Part shown: one piece after another, positions 19,675-29,548 of the stretch
How the letters are laid out: every line of letters begins with the position of its first letter
Numbering within the stretch: the stretch's first letter is position 1
Assembly: GCA_039933035.1 (NCBI GenBank)
Contig: JBDTOV010000002.1
Coordinates: 12,329-76,328 of the forward strand
From: Ginsengibacter sp.
Lineage (GTDB): Bacteria > Bacteroidota > Bacteroidia > Chitinophagales > Chitinophagaceae
Direction: 5' to 3'
DNA length: 64,000 bases
Translations under genes and position numbers: made by a program
Notes under the pieces: generated by a model
The model's input: the letters and a program-made list of their open reading frames with translations, nothing else
Databases searched by the model: none
Told to the model about the DNA's origin: nothing

Positions 19675-19986
19675 CCCAGGTATGGCAATGTATTGCCTAA
19701 ACCAATTAGCAACCAAGAAACTAATTTATTCTTAAAAGAGATAGGCCAAATGATATCGGTATTGAACGGGAATACCGAAATTGAGTTTACAACGGCCGGT
19801 GCAAAAGTTTATGGGAGCCAAAAAAAGTATGAGTTAATAAGTACACATACCGTCCGGCGAAGTTTTGCAACAAATACCTATGTAGCAGGGCAACAAACTT
19901 TAAATTTTATAGCAATAACGGGCCATTTAACCGAAAAGAGTTTTAACCGTTACATAAGGGTACCACCGAAGGAAAAAACAAGGTAA
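19675..19986 (+). pseudogene. C-terminal fragment of a tyrosine recombinase (phage-type integrase)
   Basis: Only about 100 aa remain. They carry the catalytic HxxR (HTVRRSFAT) and H...Y (ITGHLTEKSFNRYI) motifs. The frame opens at 19675, straight after the tRNA terminator, and the N-terminal two thirds are absent. Confidence 0.7.
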
Positions 19987-20051
19987 TTTAATTAAACAAC
20001 ATGAAGAAAATAGAGATCATTTAAAGGCAGTATAAATTTTTTAATAGCAAC

Positions 20052-20568
20052 ATGATTTTGCAAAGTATACAACACAGGATTTACGAATTGAGGGGCGAAA
20101 GAGTAATGTTAGACAGGGATTTGGCAGTCCTTTGCAAAACGGAAACCAAATTCTTAAACCTTGCCGTTAAGGGAAATATTAAACGTTTCCCTAAAGATTT
20201 TATGTTTCAACTTACCAAAGATGAGTTTGAAAGTTTGAGGTTGCAAATTGAAACCTCAAACCGTAGGGGCGGCACAAGGTATTTGCCGTATGCCTTTACA
20301 GAGCAAGGCGTAGCCATGTTAAGCGGCATATTAAACAGCGTCAAGGCAATAAATATGAATACTGCCATAATGAGAGCCTTCGTAGAATTGAGAAAAAGTA
20401 ATATACCGGCAAAACGATTTGAAAGAACAAATGAAAGAAATAAAGGAACGATCAGGCGAGCATGATGCACAGCTAAACCAAATTTATGATGCTATGGAAA
20501 ACCTGTTAGATGAAAAGGCAGCACAAAGAAAATGGAATGAAAGGCAAAGAATAGGGTTTAATAAATAG
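20052..20568 (+). pseudogene. ORF6N-domain protein gene with a +1 frameshift
   Basis: The N-terminal 115 aa match the ORF6N pattern ([16 protein letters not shown]...[11 protein letters not shown]...[16 protein letters not shown]). After RAFVELRK, the family-like C-terminus ([30 protein letters not shown]...RIGFNK*) continues in the +1 frame to 20568. The switch must lie at 20392-20420, which contains an A5 run. Confidence 0.7.
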
Positions 20569-20877
20569 GTCCCTGTTAGGACTATACATTGCTGCAAAGG
20601 CTACACTTTTAAATAAAATTAAGTCAATAGTCATGCACCTTCCGGGCATTTAGAGAAATGTAATGTGAAGTAACCCTGGCATTGTTCCTGGGTTTTTGCT
20701 TGAATAGATGATTTTTAATTGTATTTTAAAATATCGGGTAACCATTACCGTTAGTAGCATTAAACGTAAAGGGTAATTAAGATCATCAGGTAAAAAATTA
20801 TGTATTTTTTTTATAGTAAAGATTCGGAAAGGTTTGTGTATCGTAAAGGAATATATAACTGTTATGCATAACCGCAA

Positions 20878-21393
20878 TTATCTCCCAAAATCATCCTGGA
20901 CTCTTACAATGTCTTCCTCGTCGCTAGCATTCTCCGGATCCGTATGTTGCCAGATTTCGGCGATAATGCCCCAGGAGTCAAGGCCAATAAGCCTGTGGCG
21001 CTCGCCTTGCGCCAAAGATACCAGGTCATTTGTCTTTTTTGTCTCAACAGGCCCCTCTTCATCAGTGTCACTCCTTTTTACGCCAACCTCTCCTCCTATT
21101 ACTTTCCATATCTCTGACCGGCGATGGTGGTACTGCCAGCTCAACCTTTTTCCGCTCTCCACAATTAATATTTTTGGACTTAGTTTTCCTTTTCCGGATT
21201 GGCCGTCTTCCGCCAGTCCTTCAAAAAATGCTGTTTTGAATTTTGCAGATTGTGTTTCATCAAGAACAAAAAACCCGCCCCAGGGACGCTTATCATCCAT
21301 GTTAATTATATGAAAGCCCCTGGTAAGTAAAAAATCTTTTACTGATTCAAAAACCTCTCTTTTGGTTGTTTGATGTGTAAAATGAAAGTTCAT
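20878..21393 (-). CDS. Stand-alone cupin protein (type II phosphomannose-isomerase-like C-terminal domain)
   Basis: 171 aa. WGGFFVL...KRLSWQYHHRRSEIWKVIGG...GERHRL pattern of cupin/PMI type II domains. Confidence 0.6.
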   Translation of the reverse strand: MNFHFTHQTTKREVFESVKDFLLTRGFHIINMDDKRPWGGFFVLDETQSAKFKTAFFEGLAEDGQSGKGKLSPKILIVESGKRLSWQYHHRRSEIWKVIGGEVGVKRSDTDEEGPVETKKTNDLVSLAQGERHRLIGLDSWGIIAEIWQHTDPENASDEEDIVRVQDDFGR

Positions 21394-21426
21394 TAAGTAG
21401 TATTTATAACGGTTAAGGGTAAACGC

Positions 21427-23289
21427 TTATCGCCCCATATAAACCATAAGTATCTGCACATCGCACGGGTTTACGCCACTAATGCGGCTGGCCTGTCCGA
21501 GAGTTTGCGGTTTTATCTTATTAAACTTTTGTCGTGATTCGTTGGATAATGAGGCAATTTTATCGTAGTTAAAATTATCGGGTATAGCCTGGTTTTCAAG
21601 CATATTCATTTTTTTAACCATTTCGACCTCCTTTTCCAAATATACCTCGTACTTAATTTGTATTTCTGCCTGTTCTATGGCTTCTTCCGAAAAATTGAAA
21701 AGAAGTTTTTTAAGTGAAAAAGAGGAAGAGACCATATCATTTAAGTTGGTTGCAGGTCGTAATAGTAGTTGCGTAGCCTTTATTCTCTGGGTAATTGCGG
21801 ACGAAGAAATAGCAACCAGGTAATCATTTATTTCTTCAGGGTCTAGTTTTACCTCATTTAAAATCAAGAGAAGCTGGTCAATTTCCTGTCTTTTTTTAAT
21901 AACCTTTTGCATTCTTTCCTGGGAAGCCAGGCCGATTCTAAAGCTTTTTTCTGTTAAGCGCAAATCCGCATTATCCTGCCTTAAAAGGGTGCGATATTCA
22001 GCTCTGCTGGTAAACATTCTGTACGGCTCATCGGTTCCTTTATTTACCAGGTCATCAATTAATACACCGATGTACGCCTCATTTCTTTTTAAAATGAGCG
22101 GGCTTTCGGCTAAAACTGCCTGGTGTGCGTTTATTCCGGCCATTAAACCCTGGCAGGCTGCTTCTTCGTAACCCGTAGTTCCATTGATTTGACCGGCAAA
22201 GAAGAGATTTTTTATTAATTTGGTCTCAAGACTTAAAGTAAGCTGAGTGGGGGGGAAAAAGTCATATTCGATTGCATATCCCGGACGGAACATCTTACAA
22301 TTTTTAAAACCGGGTACTTTTGTAAGAGCGGAATATTGAACCTCTTCGGATAGTGAAGAAGAGAAGCCGTTTACGTATACTTCTATTGTATTCCAACCCT
22401 CTGGCTCTACAAAGAGCTGGTGCCGGTCTCTTTCGGCAAACCTGTTGATTTTATCTTCTATACTTGGGCAATATCTTGGGCCACGACCCTGGATTCTTCC
22501 CTGGAACATAGGACTCTCATGAAATCCTGACTGTAAAATCTTATGTACCTCGGGATTTGTATATGTTATCCAGCAGCTTAATTGTTTATCTGGCTTCTTT
22601 GTATTGGTAAATGAAAAACCTGTTACCACTAAATCGCCCTTTTGCTCCTCCATTTTAGAATAATCTAAGGATCGTCCATCAATTCTTGGAGGCGTACCGG
22701 TTTTAAGCCGGTTACTCTCAAAACCCCAAGTCACCAACTGTTCAGTAATACCAGAGGATGATTTTTCAGCCATTCTACCCCCCTTTGACTGTTTTTCACC
22801 TATATGAATAATTCCATTTAGGAAGGTTCCATTTGTAAGTATAACGGATTTAGCGTTAATCTCATGTCCGGAAGCTGTTTTGATTCCTGAAACGGAATCT
22901 CCATTTTTTAATAGTCCAATTACTGAATCCTGGTAAAAATCGAGATTTGAAAAACTCTCAAGCATTTGCCTCCACTTCATGGAGAATTGCTGGCGGTCAC
23001 TTTGTGCTCTTGGACTCCACATTGCCGGCCCCTTGCTCTTATTTAGCATTCGAAACTGAATCATGGTTTCATCAGTTACGATGCCGGAAAATCCACCAAG
23101 TGCGTCTATCTCTCTTATTATTTGGCCCTTTGCTATGCCTCCCATCGCCGGGTTACAACTCATTTGGGCCATATTTTGCATATTCATGGTAACCAGGAGC
23201 ACTTTACTTCCCAAATTTGCCCCTGCCGCCGCCGCTTCACAACCTGCGTGTCCTGCGCCCACTACTATAATATCATATTCTGGAAACAT
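21427..23289 (-). CDS. mnmG: tRNA uridine 5-carboxymethylaminomethyl modification enzyme MnmG (GidA)
   Basis: 620 aa. FAD-binding YDIIVVGAGHAGCEAA, full length, typical C-terminal helical domain. Confidence 0.95.
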   Translation of the reverse strand: MFPEYDIIVVGAGHAGCEAAAAGANLGSKVLLVTMNMQNMAQMSCNPAMGGIAKGQIIREIDALGGFSGIVTDETMIQFRMLNKSKGPAMWSPRAQSDRQQFSMKWRQMLESFSNLDFYQDSVIGLLKNGDSVSGIKTASGHEINAKSVILTNGTFLNGIIHIGEKQSKGGRMAEKSSSGITEQLVTWGFESNRLKTGTPPRIDGRSLDYSKMEEQKGDLVVTGFSFTNTKKPDKQLSCWITYTNPEVHKILQSGFHESPMFQGRIQGRGPRYCPSIEDKINRFAERDRHQLFVEPEGWNTIEVYVNGFSSSLSEEVQYSALTKVPGFKNCKMFRPGYAIEYDFFPPTQLTLSLETKLIKNLFFAGQINGTTGYEEAACQGLMAGINAHQAVLAESPLILKRNEAYIGVLIDDLVNKGTDEPYRMFTSRAEYRTLLRQDNADLRLTEKSFRIGLASQERMQKVIKKRQEIDQLLLILNEVKLDPEEINDYLVAISSSAITQRIKATQLLLRPATNLNDMVSSSFSLKKLLFNFSEEAIEQAEIQIKYEVYLEKEVEMVKKMNMLENQAIPDNFNYDKIASLSNESRQKFNKIKPQTLGQASRISGVNPCDVQILMVYMGR

Positions 23290-23293
23290 GTAG

Positions 23294-23301
23294 CAAATTT
23301 A
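23294..23301 (-). promoter_or_regulatory. -7 box (TAnnTTTG) abutting the mnmG start codon
   Basis: The minus strand reads TAAATTTG-CTAC-ATG, so only 4 nt separate the box from the ATG. This suggests a leaderless or near-leaderless mRNA. Confidence 0.35.
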
Positions 23302-23320
23302 CCTAAAATGAAATAAGCAT

Positions 23321-23360
23321 AAAATTGTTTCACGTGGAACGTTTCACGTGGAACAATTTT
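23321..23360. repeat. 40-bp near-perfect palindrome made of two tandem 14-mers GTTTCACGTGGAAC with AAAATT/AATTTT flanks
   Basis: AAAATTGTTTCACGTGGAAC|GTTTCACGTGGAACAATTTT. 36 of 40 positions are dyad-symmetric, and the 4 exceptions are G-T pairs on the plus strand. It overlaps the ybeY stop codon (23344-23346) and ends 32 nt upstream of the mnmG ATG. Confidence 0.9.
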
Positions 23361-23772
23361 GGGAAAGATAATAGTCTTCCCTTTCTCTCATTAATAGTTT
23401 TTGCCGGGAAGTATGATCTGAAAATCCACATAAATGAAGAATTCCATGAATCATGACCCGAAACAGTTCTTGATGATAGATGTTTCCAAGCGAATTGGCA
23501 TTCTCCTTCACCATTTCGACGCTTATGTAAATCTCAGCAATAATAGCAGTAGTCTTCCCGGATAAGGTAAATGTCAATATATCAGTGAGCGTGTCGTGAT
23601 TCAGATACTGTTGGTTCAGCTTTAACAAATAATCGTCTTTACAAAAGATGTACGAAACACTTTTAAAATCAACTCCCTCATTTTCAAAAATTGAAATAAG
23701 AAATTGTTTGAGTTTAGGTTTCTCCTTTATCATGGGCGAAATGCCATTGTTAATTAATAGAATTGTTCCCAA
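23344..23772 (-). CDS. ybeY: Endoribonuclease YbeY (rRNA maturation)
   Basis: Zinc motif HGILHLCGFSDH and a typical length of about 140 aa. The start codon is TTG. Confidence 0.9.
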   Translation of the reverse strand: MGTILLINNGISPMIKEKPKLKQFLISIFENEGVDFKSVSYIFCKDDYLLKLNQQYLNHDTLTDILTFTLSGKTTAIIAEIYISVEMVKENANSLGNIYHQELFRVMIHGILHLCGFSDHTSRQKLLMREREDYYLSQNCST

Positions 23773-23838
23773 AATATAGTATTTCTAAAATCGGAATAGA
23801 TTACAAAAGATGAATGATATATTTACCGCCAGATTATT

Positions 23839-24069
23839 ATGATGAATTTATCACAGGTAAAGGCTGGAACAAAAGTAAAAATTAAGTCATTTGAAAATGA
23901 TGAAATTATTTTAAAACTGATGGAAATGGGATGTCTCCCCGGGGAGGAAGTGACCGTGTGGAAAAAAGCACCTTTCGGAGATCCTATTTATATAATGGTT
24001 GCAGGCTATTCACTAAGCCTTCGGCTTGATGAGGCAGAAAAAATCAATGTGGAAATTATAAGTAACTGA
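23839..24069 (+). CDS. feoA: FeoA-family small SH3-like protein
   Basis: 76 aa. KIKSF...LMEMGCLPGEEVTV...PFGDPI pattern typical of FeoA. Confidence 0.75.
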   Translation: MMNLSQVKAGTKVKIKSFENDEIILKLMEMGCLPGEEVTVWKKAPFGDPIYIMVAGYSLSLRLDEAEKINVEIISN

Positions 24070-24084
24070 TAAACAATTTATTTC

Positions 24085-24654
24085 TTGAAAATTGGATTGT
24101 ATTTTGGCTCATTTAACCCGGTACATGTTGGCCACCTTATTATAGCCAGTCATATCGCGAATAGTACGATGCTGGAGCAGGTTTGGTTTGTTATTTCACC
24201 CCATAATCCTTTGAAAAAGGAGGCTACTCTTTTAAATGAACATCATCGCAAGCATCTGATAGATGTTTCAATAGAGGGTGAAAAGAAACTTAAAACCTCT
24301 AGTATTGAATTTAAACTTCCAAAGCCTTCTTATACTATAGACACATTAACCTATTTGTCGGAGAAATTTCCTGAACATCATTTTTCGATAATTATGGGAA
24401 GTGATAGTTATAGTAATATAAATCGTTGGAAAAATTACGCGGTGCTATTAAAAAATTATGAAATCTACATTTATGAAAGGCCCGGTTTCAAAATAAAAGA
24501 AAATACAGCGGCTAATATTACGATACTAAAAGCCCCTTTACTTGAAATTTCGAGTACGCGTATCCGTGAGTTAATTCAGGCTAAAAAATCTATCCGGTTC
24601 CTGGTTCCTGATATGGTAAAAGAAGAAATTGAAAAACATCAATATTATAGTTAA
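24085..24654 (+). CDS. nadD: Nicotinate-nucleotide adenylyltransferase
   Basis: 189 aa with a TTG start. GSFNPVHVGH motif and C-terminal ISSTRIRE. Confidence 0.9.
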   Translation: MKIGLYFGSFNPVHVGHLIIASHIANSTMLEQVWFVISPHNPLKKEATLLNEHHRKHLIDVSIEGEKKLKTSSIEFKLPKPSYTIDTLTYLSEKFPEHHFSIIMGSDSYSNINRWKNYAVLLKNYEIYIYERPGFKIKENTAANITILKAPLLEISSTRIRELIQAKKSIRFLVPDMVKEEIEKHQYYS

Positions 24655-24656
24655 CA

Positions 24657-25877
24657 TCAAATTAGAAGACCGAGTAATAAACAGCCCAAAACGATATAAG
24701 GCGAACGAATTTTTGTAAAAGTAAGGAGTAAAAACGTTCCCAGTATCACGAAAACATTTACAAAACTTACCGTATTTAGTGCCGTAATAGAAATGTCTTT
24801 AAGTAAGTAAAGAAATGCGGCCCACATAATGCCTACTACCACAGCATTAATCCCTTCAAGGGAACGAAAAACAACTACATATTTCTTTAAATTGTGCCAT
24901 ACGGGATAGAAAAATAAAACTAACAAAGCACTAGGTAAAAAAATTCCAATGCAGCCAATTACACAGCCCAACAACTGTTGATCTTTGCCTCTATCTCTTA
25001 ATACCATGCCGCCTGTATAGGCCGCCACAGAAAAAACAGGTCCCGGAATTGCGCGAACCAGCCCCCAACCGGTTAAATACTCCTCTTTGGTCATATACTG
25101 TGTTTTTTTTCTTACTACATACTGTTCGTACATCATAGGCATAAGAACATCGCCACCACCAAATACAAGGCTCCCAAAGCGGTAAACGTTTTCTGTAAGA
25201 TTAAAAGCCCGTTTATTTTTCCAGTCGTGCCTTCTTGCTGATTCACTTAAAAAACCTACGATAAGAAATAAAAGAACAAATAACCAGATATTGGTCCATT
25301 TTATTTGTTTTGGTCTTATATTTTCTTTTTCGGGAATTCTTCTATCGCTGAAATTCGTTACTACACCTCCTAATACAATAAGTATGGGAAAAACCCAGGG
25401 TGTTTTAAAAAGCAGGTAAGTTGAAAAAAGGCCTACCAGCATAATAATAAATGTAATCGTACTCTTTATGGAAATTCTGTACATCCGGTAGGCTGCAAAC
25501 GCAATAAATCCGACGGCCATTGGTTGCACATAAGAAAACACGTTCAGGCTTACATGATAGGTATTAATATAATGAACCAGGAATGAAAACGCCCCCATTA
25601 AAACGCTCGCCGGCAATATCCAGATAATAAGAGTCAGCACAGCCAATGGAATACCACCCCGTTTATATCCTATTAATGTTAAGGTTTGCGTTGAGGTTGC
25701 GCCTGGCAGGAGCTGGCAGAAAGCAACATATTCCATCAATTCTTCTTTGGTGATATCTCTGCGCCCGTCAACGAAAGTCTTCATCATCATACCAAAATGC
25801 CCTTGCGGACCGCCAAATGCAGAGATTGTATAATAAAAAACCGCCTTTAAGAAAGGAACATGCCTGAACAATACCAT
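24657..25877 (-). CDS. chrA: Chromate transporter ChrA (fused two-domain form)
   Basis: 406 aa, polytopic. N- and C-terminal halves are both CHR-like (LLPGATSTQ... / [10 protein letters not shown]...). Confidence 0.85.
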   Translation of the reverse strand: MVLFRHVPFLKAVFYYTISAFGGPQGHFGMMMKTFVDGRRDITKEELMEYVAFCQLLPGATSTQTLTLIGYKRGGIPLAVLTLIIWILPASVLMGAFSFLVHYINTYHVSLNVFSYVQPMAVGFIAFAAYRMYRISIKSTITFIIMLVGLFSTYLLFKTPWVFPILIVLGGVVTNFSDRRIPEKENIRPKQIKWTNIWLFVLLFLIVGFLSESARRHDWKNKRAFNLTENVYRFGSLVFGGGDVLMPMMYEQYVVRKKTQYMTKEEYLTGWGLVRAIPGPVFSVAAYTGGMVLRDRGKDQQLLGCVIGCIGIFLPSALLVLFFYPVWHNLKKYVVVFRSLEGINAVVVGIMWAAFLYLLKDISITALNTVSFVNVFVILGTFLLLTFTKIRSPYIVLGCLLLGLLI

Positions 25878-26045
25878 TTGAATTCAATAAAATAAGACTG
25901 TAAAAAATTGCGCCATTGCTAATTTTGACAGGCTGTATAATAAATTATATTACCACATTGACATTGTATTTTTGGTTGAGTTCATAAGCAATTATCCACC
26001 TCGCCTCTCTTTAAAAATTTCATCAATATTATTTGGCGGTGATTC

Positions 26046-26990
26046 TTATTTTTTTAAACCTATCTCTCTCAATCTTTCATCAAGATAATCTCCTGCTGTA
26101 ATATCGTCATAATCTTTCACGTGCTTTTCGTCAACACAACTCCCGAGAGCCGCGAGGCTCATAGCAGATTTTGGGTGAAGGAAAAACGGTATTGAAAACC
26201 GTGAAGTGTGCCAAAGTTCTTGTGCGGGGTTTACAACCCGATGGGTGGTACTCTTTAATTTATTATTAGTAAGCCTTTGCAACATATCGCCAACATTTAC
26301 CACAATTTGGTCAGGAAGAGAGGTAACGCCTATCCATTCATTTTGCTTGGTAAGAATTTGCAAGCCATCCGCAGAAGCGCCGACCAGGAGGGTTATGAGG
26401 TTGATATCTTCATGTTGTTCCGCACGGATAGCGCTTTTCGGTTCAGAGGTAATAGGTGGATAGTGGATAGCCCTTAAAATTGAATTACTTTCTTCAATAA
26501 AATCATTGAAATACTGCTCATTTAAATGCAGGTACAGGGATATAGCTTGTAATAAAGATTTACCCGATTTTTCAAAAGCACGATATGCCTTATAAAAGGT
26601 TTCATTAAAACCCGCAATATCATCAACTTTTACATTATCTGGGTATTCTTTTTTTAAGCGGTGGTTTCCGGGAACAATCTGTCCGTATTGAAAAAATTCC
26701 TTCAAATCGGGTGCATCACTTCCCTTTGCATGTTCTTTGCCAAAAGAAGTATAGCCACGCTGGCCGGCAAGTTCCGGGTCTTCAAATTTTTTTTTCTTTT
26801 CAGAAGGGAGAGAGAAAAACTGTTGAACATATTTATAAAGATCGGCAATAAGTTCAGAAGGAATGCCATGATTCTTTACAGCCACGAATCCCACTTCTTC
26901 ATAAGCTTTGCCAAGCTCTTGTACAAAAGCGGATTTTTTTTGGGGATCACCATTTTCAAAATCAGCTAAGTCAACAACTGGAATAGTCAT
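26046..26990 (-). CDS. 2-oxoglutarate/Fe(II)-dependent oxygenase (isopenicillin N synthase-like)
   Basis: 314 aa. HxD (HEDINLITLL), distal His (TTHRVVNP) and RFS(I) 2OG-binding motif. Confidence 0.85.
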   Translation of the reverse strand: MTIPVVDLADFENGDPQKKSAFVQELGKAYEEVGFVAVKNHGIPSELIADLYKYVQQFFSLPSEKKKKFEDPELAGQRGYTSFGKEHAKGSDAPDLKEFFQYGQIVPGNHRLKKEYPDNVKVDDIAGFNETFYKAYRAFEKSGKSLLQAISLYLHLNEQYFNDFIEESNSILRAIHYPPITSEPKSAIRAEQHEDINLITLLVGASADGLQILTKQNEWIGVTSLPDQIVVNVGDMLQRLTNNKLKSTTHRVVNPAQELWHTSRFSIPFFLHPKSAMSLAALGSCVDEKHVKDYDDITAGDYLDERLREIGLKK

Positions 26991-27031
26991 ACGTTATTTT
27001 TCAATTTAAAGTTGTGAATGTAGCTTTGAGC

Positions 27032-28102
27032 ATGACAAATTACAAAAGAAAATTTTTATTCAGAGGTTTAGTAAATCCTGTTTTATTCTTGTCAATTTTT
27101 TATATCTCATCCTGCACATCACAAAAATATACCAGTTCTATTAAATATCATTTTAAAATTGATTGCGGCAAGCCCGACTATAGTGACTTAAATTACTGGG
27201 CGGCACATCCCTATAAATACGATCCTTCCGATAATGTTCCTGCTGACTTTACAAATGAAACGATGGATTCTTCCGCTGATGTATTTTTTATTTATCCTAC
27301 TACTTATACCGATGGTAAAATGGCAATGGGATGGAATGCCGATATTGACAATAGGGAACTTAATAATAAAACAGACAGGTCAACTATACTTTACCAGGCC
27401 AGCGTTTTTAATAAATATTGCCGGGTTTTCTCACCACGATACAGGCAGGCCAATCTCCGGGCTTTTTTTACGGATGACAAGGAACAGGCCGAAGCCGCTT
27501 TTGATACAGCATATGACGATGTAAAAGCAGCGTTTAGTTATTATTTAAAAAATTATAACCGGGGCAGGCCAATCATTATTGCTTCGCACAGCCAGGGTAC
27601 ACTGCATGCGGGAAGATTATTAAAAGAATTTTTTGAAGGAAAACCTTTGCAAAGCCAATTGGTTTGCGCATACATTATTGGTTTGCCGGTTTTTGCTAAT
27701 TATTTCACACTACTGAAACCATGTACCGATTCAATAGCTACCGGCTGTTTTATAAGCTGGAGAACTTTTGAAGAAGGATATGTTTCACCGGTAATTAAGC
27801 AGGAAAAATTAAAGGCCTATGTTGTAAACCCGCTCACCTGGAGGATGGATACTTCCATAGCACCCGCCAAATTGAACAAAGGTGGGATTCTTAGAAATTT
27901 TAACAAAGTAAAACCTGGGTTGGTCCATGCACAAGTTCAAGGAAATGTTTTATGGGTAAATAAGCCCCGGTTTTTTGGAAGTATTTTTCTAAAAACTAAA
28001 AATTATCATATTGCAGACTACAACTTGTTTTATGATAATATCAGGGAAAATGTTGGATCGCGAATTAAAGCATTCTCTGAAAAAAGAAATGAGCCCTATT
28101 GA
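27032..28102 (+). CDS. DUF3089-like alpha/beta-hydrolase-fold lipoprotein
   Basis: Lipobox ISSC and nucleophile-elbow-like ASHSQGT. The start was moved from GTG 27014 to ATG 27032. Confidence 0.6.
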   Translation: MTNYKRKFLFRGLVNPVLFLSIFYISSCTSQKYTSSIKYHFKIDCGKPDYSDLNYWAAHPYKYDPSDNVPADFTNETMDSSADVFFIYPTTYTDGKMAMGWNADIDNRELNNKTDRSTILYQASVFNKYCRVFSPRYRQANLRAFFTDDKEQAEAAFDTAYDDVKAAFSYYLKNYNRGRPIIIASHSQGTLHAGRLLKEFFEGKPLQSQLVCAYIIGLPVFANYFTLLKPCTDSIATGCFISWRTFEEGYVSPVIKQEKLKAYVVNPLTWRMDTSIAPAKLNKGGILRNFNKVKPGLVHAQVQGNVLWVNKPRFFGSIFLKTKNYHIADYNLFYDNIRENVGSRIKAFSEKRNEPY

Positions 28103-28108
28103 GAGAAA

Positions 28109-29548
28109 TTAAAAATCAGCATTTTTCGGAAACCTGGGAAACGGGATTACGTCGCGTATGTTAGTCATGCCGGTAACAAACTGGATTAACCGCTCAAACC
28201 CAAGCCCAAAGCCTGCATGCGGGCATGAACCAAACCTGCGCGTATCCAGGTACCAGGACAATTCTTCAAAAGGAATATTCATTTCTTTCATGCGCTCTTC
28301 CAGTTTCTCCAGTCGTTCTTCTCTTTGTGAGCCGCCGACAATTTCACCGATTCCCGGAGCAAGTATATCCATAGCAGCAACCGTTTTACCATCATCATTT
28401 TGCCGCATGTAAAACGCTTTAATTTCTTTTGGATAATTGGTCAATATCACTGGTTTCTTAAAATGTTTTTCCACAAGGTAACGCTCATGTTCACTCTGCA
28501 AATCAACACCCCACTTGTCAATCAAAAAACGAAATTTCTTTTTTTTGTTGTAATTCGAATCTTTTAAAATATCTATGGCTTCTGTATAGGTGATCCGTTC
28601 GAAATTGTTATTGATTACAAATTCGAGTTTTTCTATAAGACCCATTTCGGATCGTTCATCCTGGGGCTTTTGTTTCTCTTCTTCAACCAATCGTGTTGCT
28701 AAAAAATCAAGATCATCCCGGTTATTTTCTAGGGCGTATTTGATAAGATATTTAATAAATGCTTCGGCAACATTCATATCATCTTCCAGGTCGCAGAAGG
28801 CCATCTCGGGTTCTATCATCCAAAATTCTGCAAGATGCCTGGCAGTATTTGAATTCTCCGCCCGGAAAGTTGGACCAAAAGTATATACATCACTCAAAGC
28901 CATCGCTCCTAATTCAGCTTCGAGCTGTCCACTTACCGTGAGGTTTGTCGGCCTTCCAAAAAAATCTTCTTTATAATTAATAGTTCCGTCGTCGTTTTTT
29001 ATTGGGTTTTCAAGATCAAAATTAGTTACATGAAAAGTTTCTCCGGCCCCCTCAGCATCAGAAGCAGTTATAATCGGAGTATGCAGATAAACAAAACCCT
29101 TATCATTAAAAAATTTGTGAACAGCGAATGCAAGAGTATGCCTTACACGGAAAACAGAACCAAAAGTGTTGGTTCGAAAACGCAAATGAGCTATTTCCCT
29201 TAAGAACTCCAGGCTATGTTTCTTGGGTTGCAAAGGATATTTTTCAGGATCACAGTCTCCAATAATCTCAATAGTCTTAGCCTTTAGTTCCAACTTTTGT
29301 CCCTTACCTAATGAAGCTACAATTTGTCCCTTAATTTTTAGAGCAGCTCCGGTGGTAATTCTTTTCAATAAACCCTCGTCATATTTACCAAGTTCGGCTA
29401 CAACCTGCAAGTTATTATTCGTGCTTCCATCGTTTAAGGCTATAAACTGGTTGTTCCTGAAAGTGCGTACCCATCCCATAACTGTGATGAAATGACTGGA
29501 CATATCACTGTTTAAAACATCTTTTATCCGGGTTCTGTCGTTTAACAT
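28109..29548 (-). CDS. asnS: Asparagine--tRNA ligase
   Basis: 479 aa. N-terminal OB anticodon-binding domain and class II motifs [21 protein letters not shown] and GFGLGFERL. Confidence 0.95.
   Translation of the reverse strand: MLNDRTRIKDVLNSDMSSHFITVMGWVRTFRNNQFIALNDGSTNNNLQVVAELGKYDEGLLKRITTGAALKIKGQIVASLGKGQKLELKAKTIEIIGDCDPEKYPLQPKKHSLEFLREIAHLRFRTNTFGSVFRVRHTLAFAVHKFFNDKGFVYLHTPIITASDAEGAGETFHVTNFDLENPIKNDDGTINYKEDFFGRPTNLTVSGQLEAELGAMALSDVYTFGPTFRAENSNTARHLAEFWMIEPEMAFCDLEDDMNVAEAFIKYLIKYALENNRDDLDFLATRLVEEEKQKPQDERSEMGLIEKLEFVINNNFERITYTEAIDILKDSNYNKKKKFRFLIDKWGVDLQSEHERYLVEKHFKKPVILTNYPKEIKAFYMRQNDDGKTVAAMDILAPGIGEIVGGSQREERLEKLEERMKEMNIPFEELSWYLDTRRFGSCPHAGFGLGFERLIQFVTGMTNIRDVIPFPRFPKNADF

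Noticed and set aside
20650-20877. 75-aa minus-strand ORF in the island-scar spacer.
   Set aside because: The composition is not coding-like, it has no motif, and it overlaps an equally long plus-strand ORF (20834-21313) that is itself antisense to the cupin gene.
19641-21000. Direct repeat of the tRNA-Phe 3' end that would mark the distal att site of the degraded island.
   Set aside because: By eye I could not find a copy of the TTCGATCCCGCCCCACACCA segment, or a clear part of it, downstream. The boundary therefore remains undefined.
25991-25999. Isolated DnaA-box-like TTATCCACC in the chrA/oxygenase gap.
   Set aside because: It is a single copy with one mismatch and has no neighbouring boxes or AT-rich element, which is consistent with chance.
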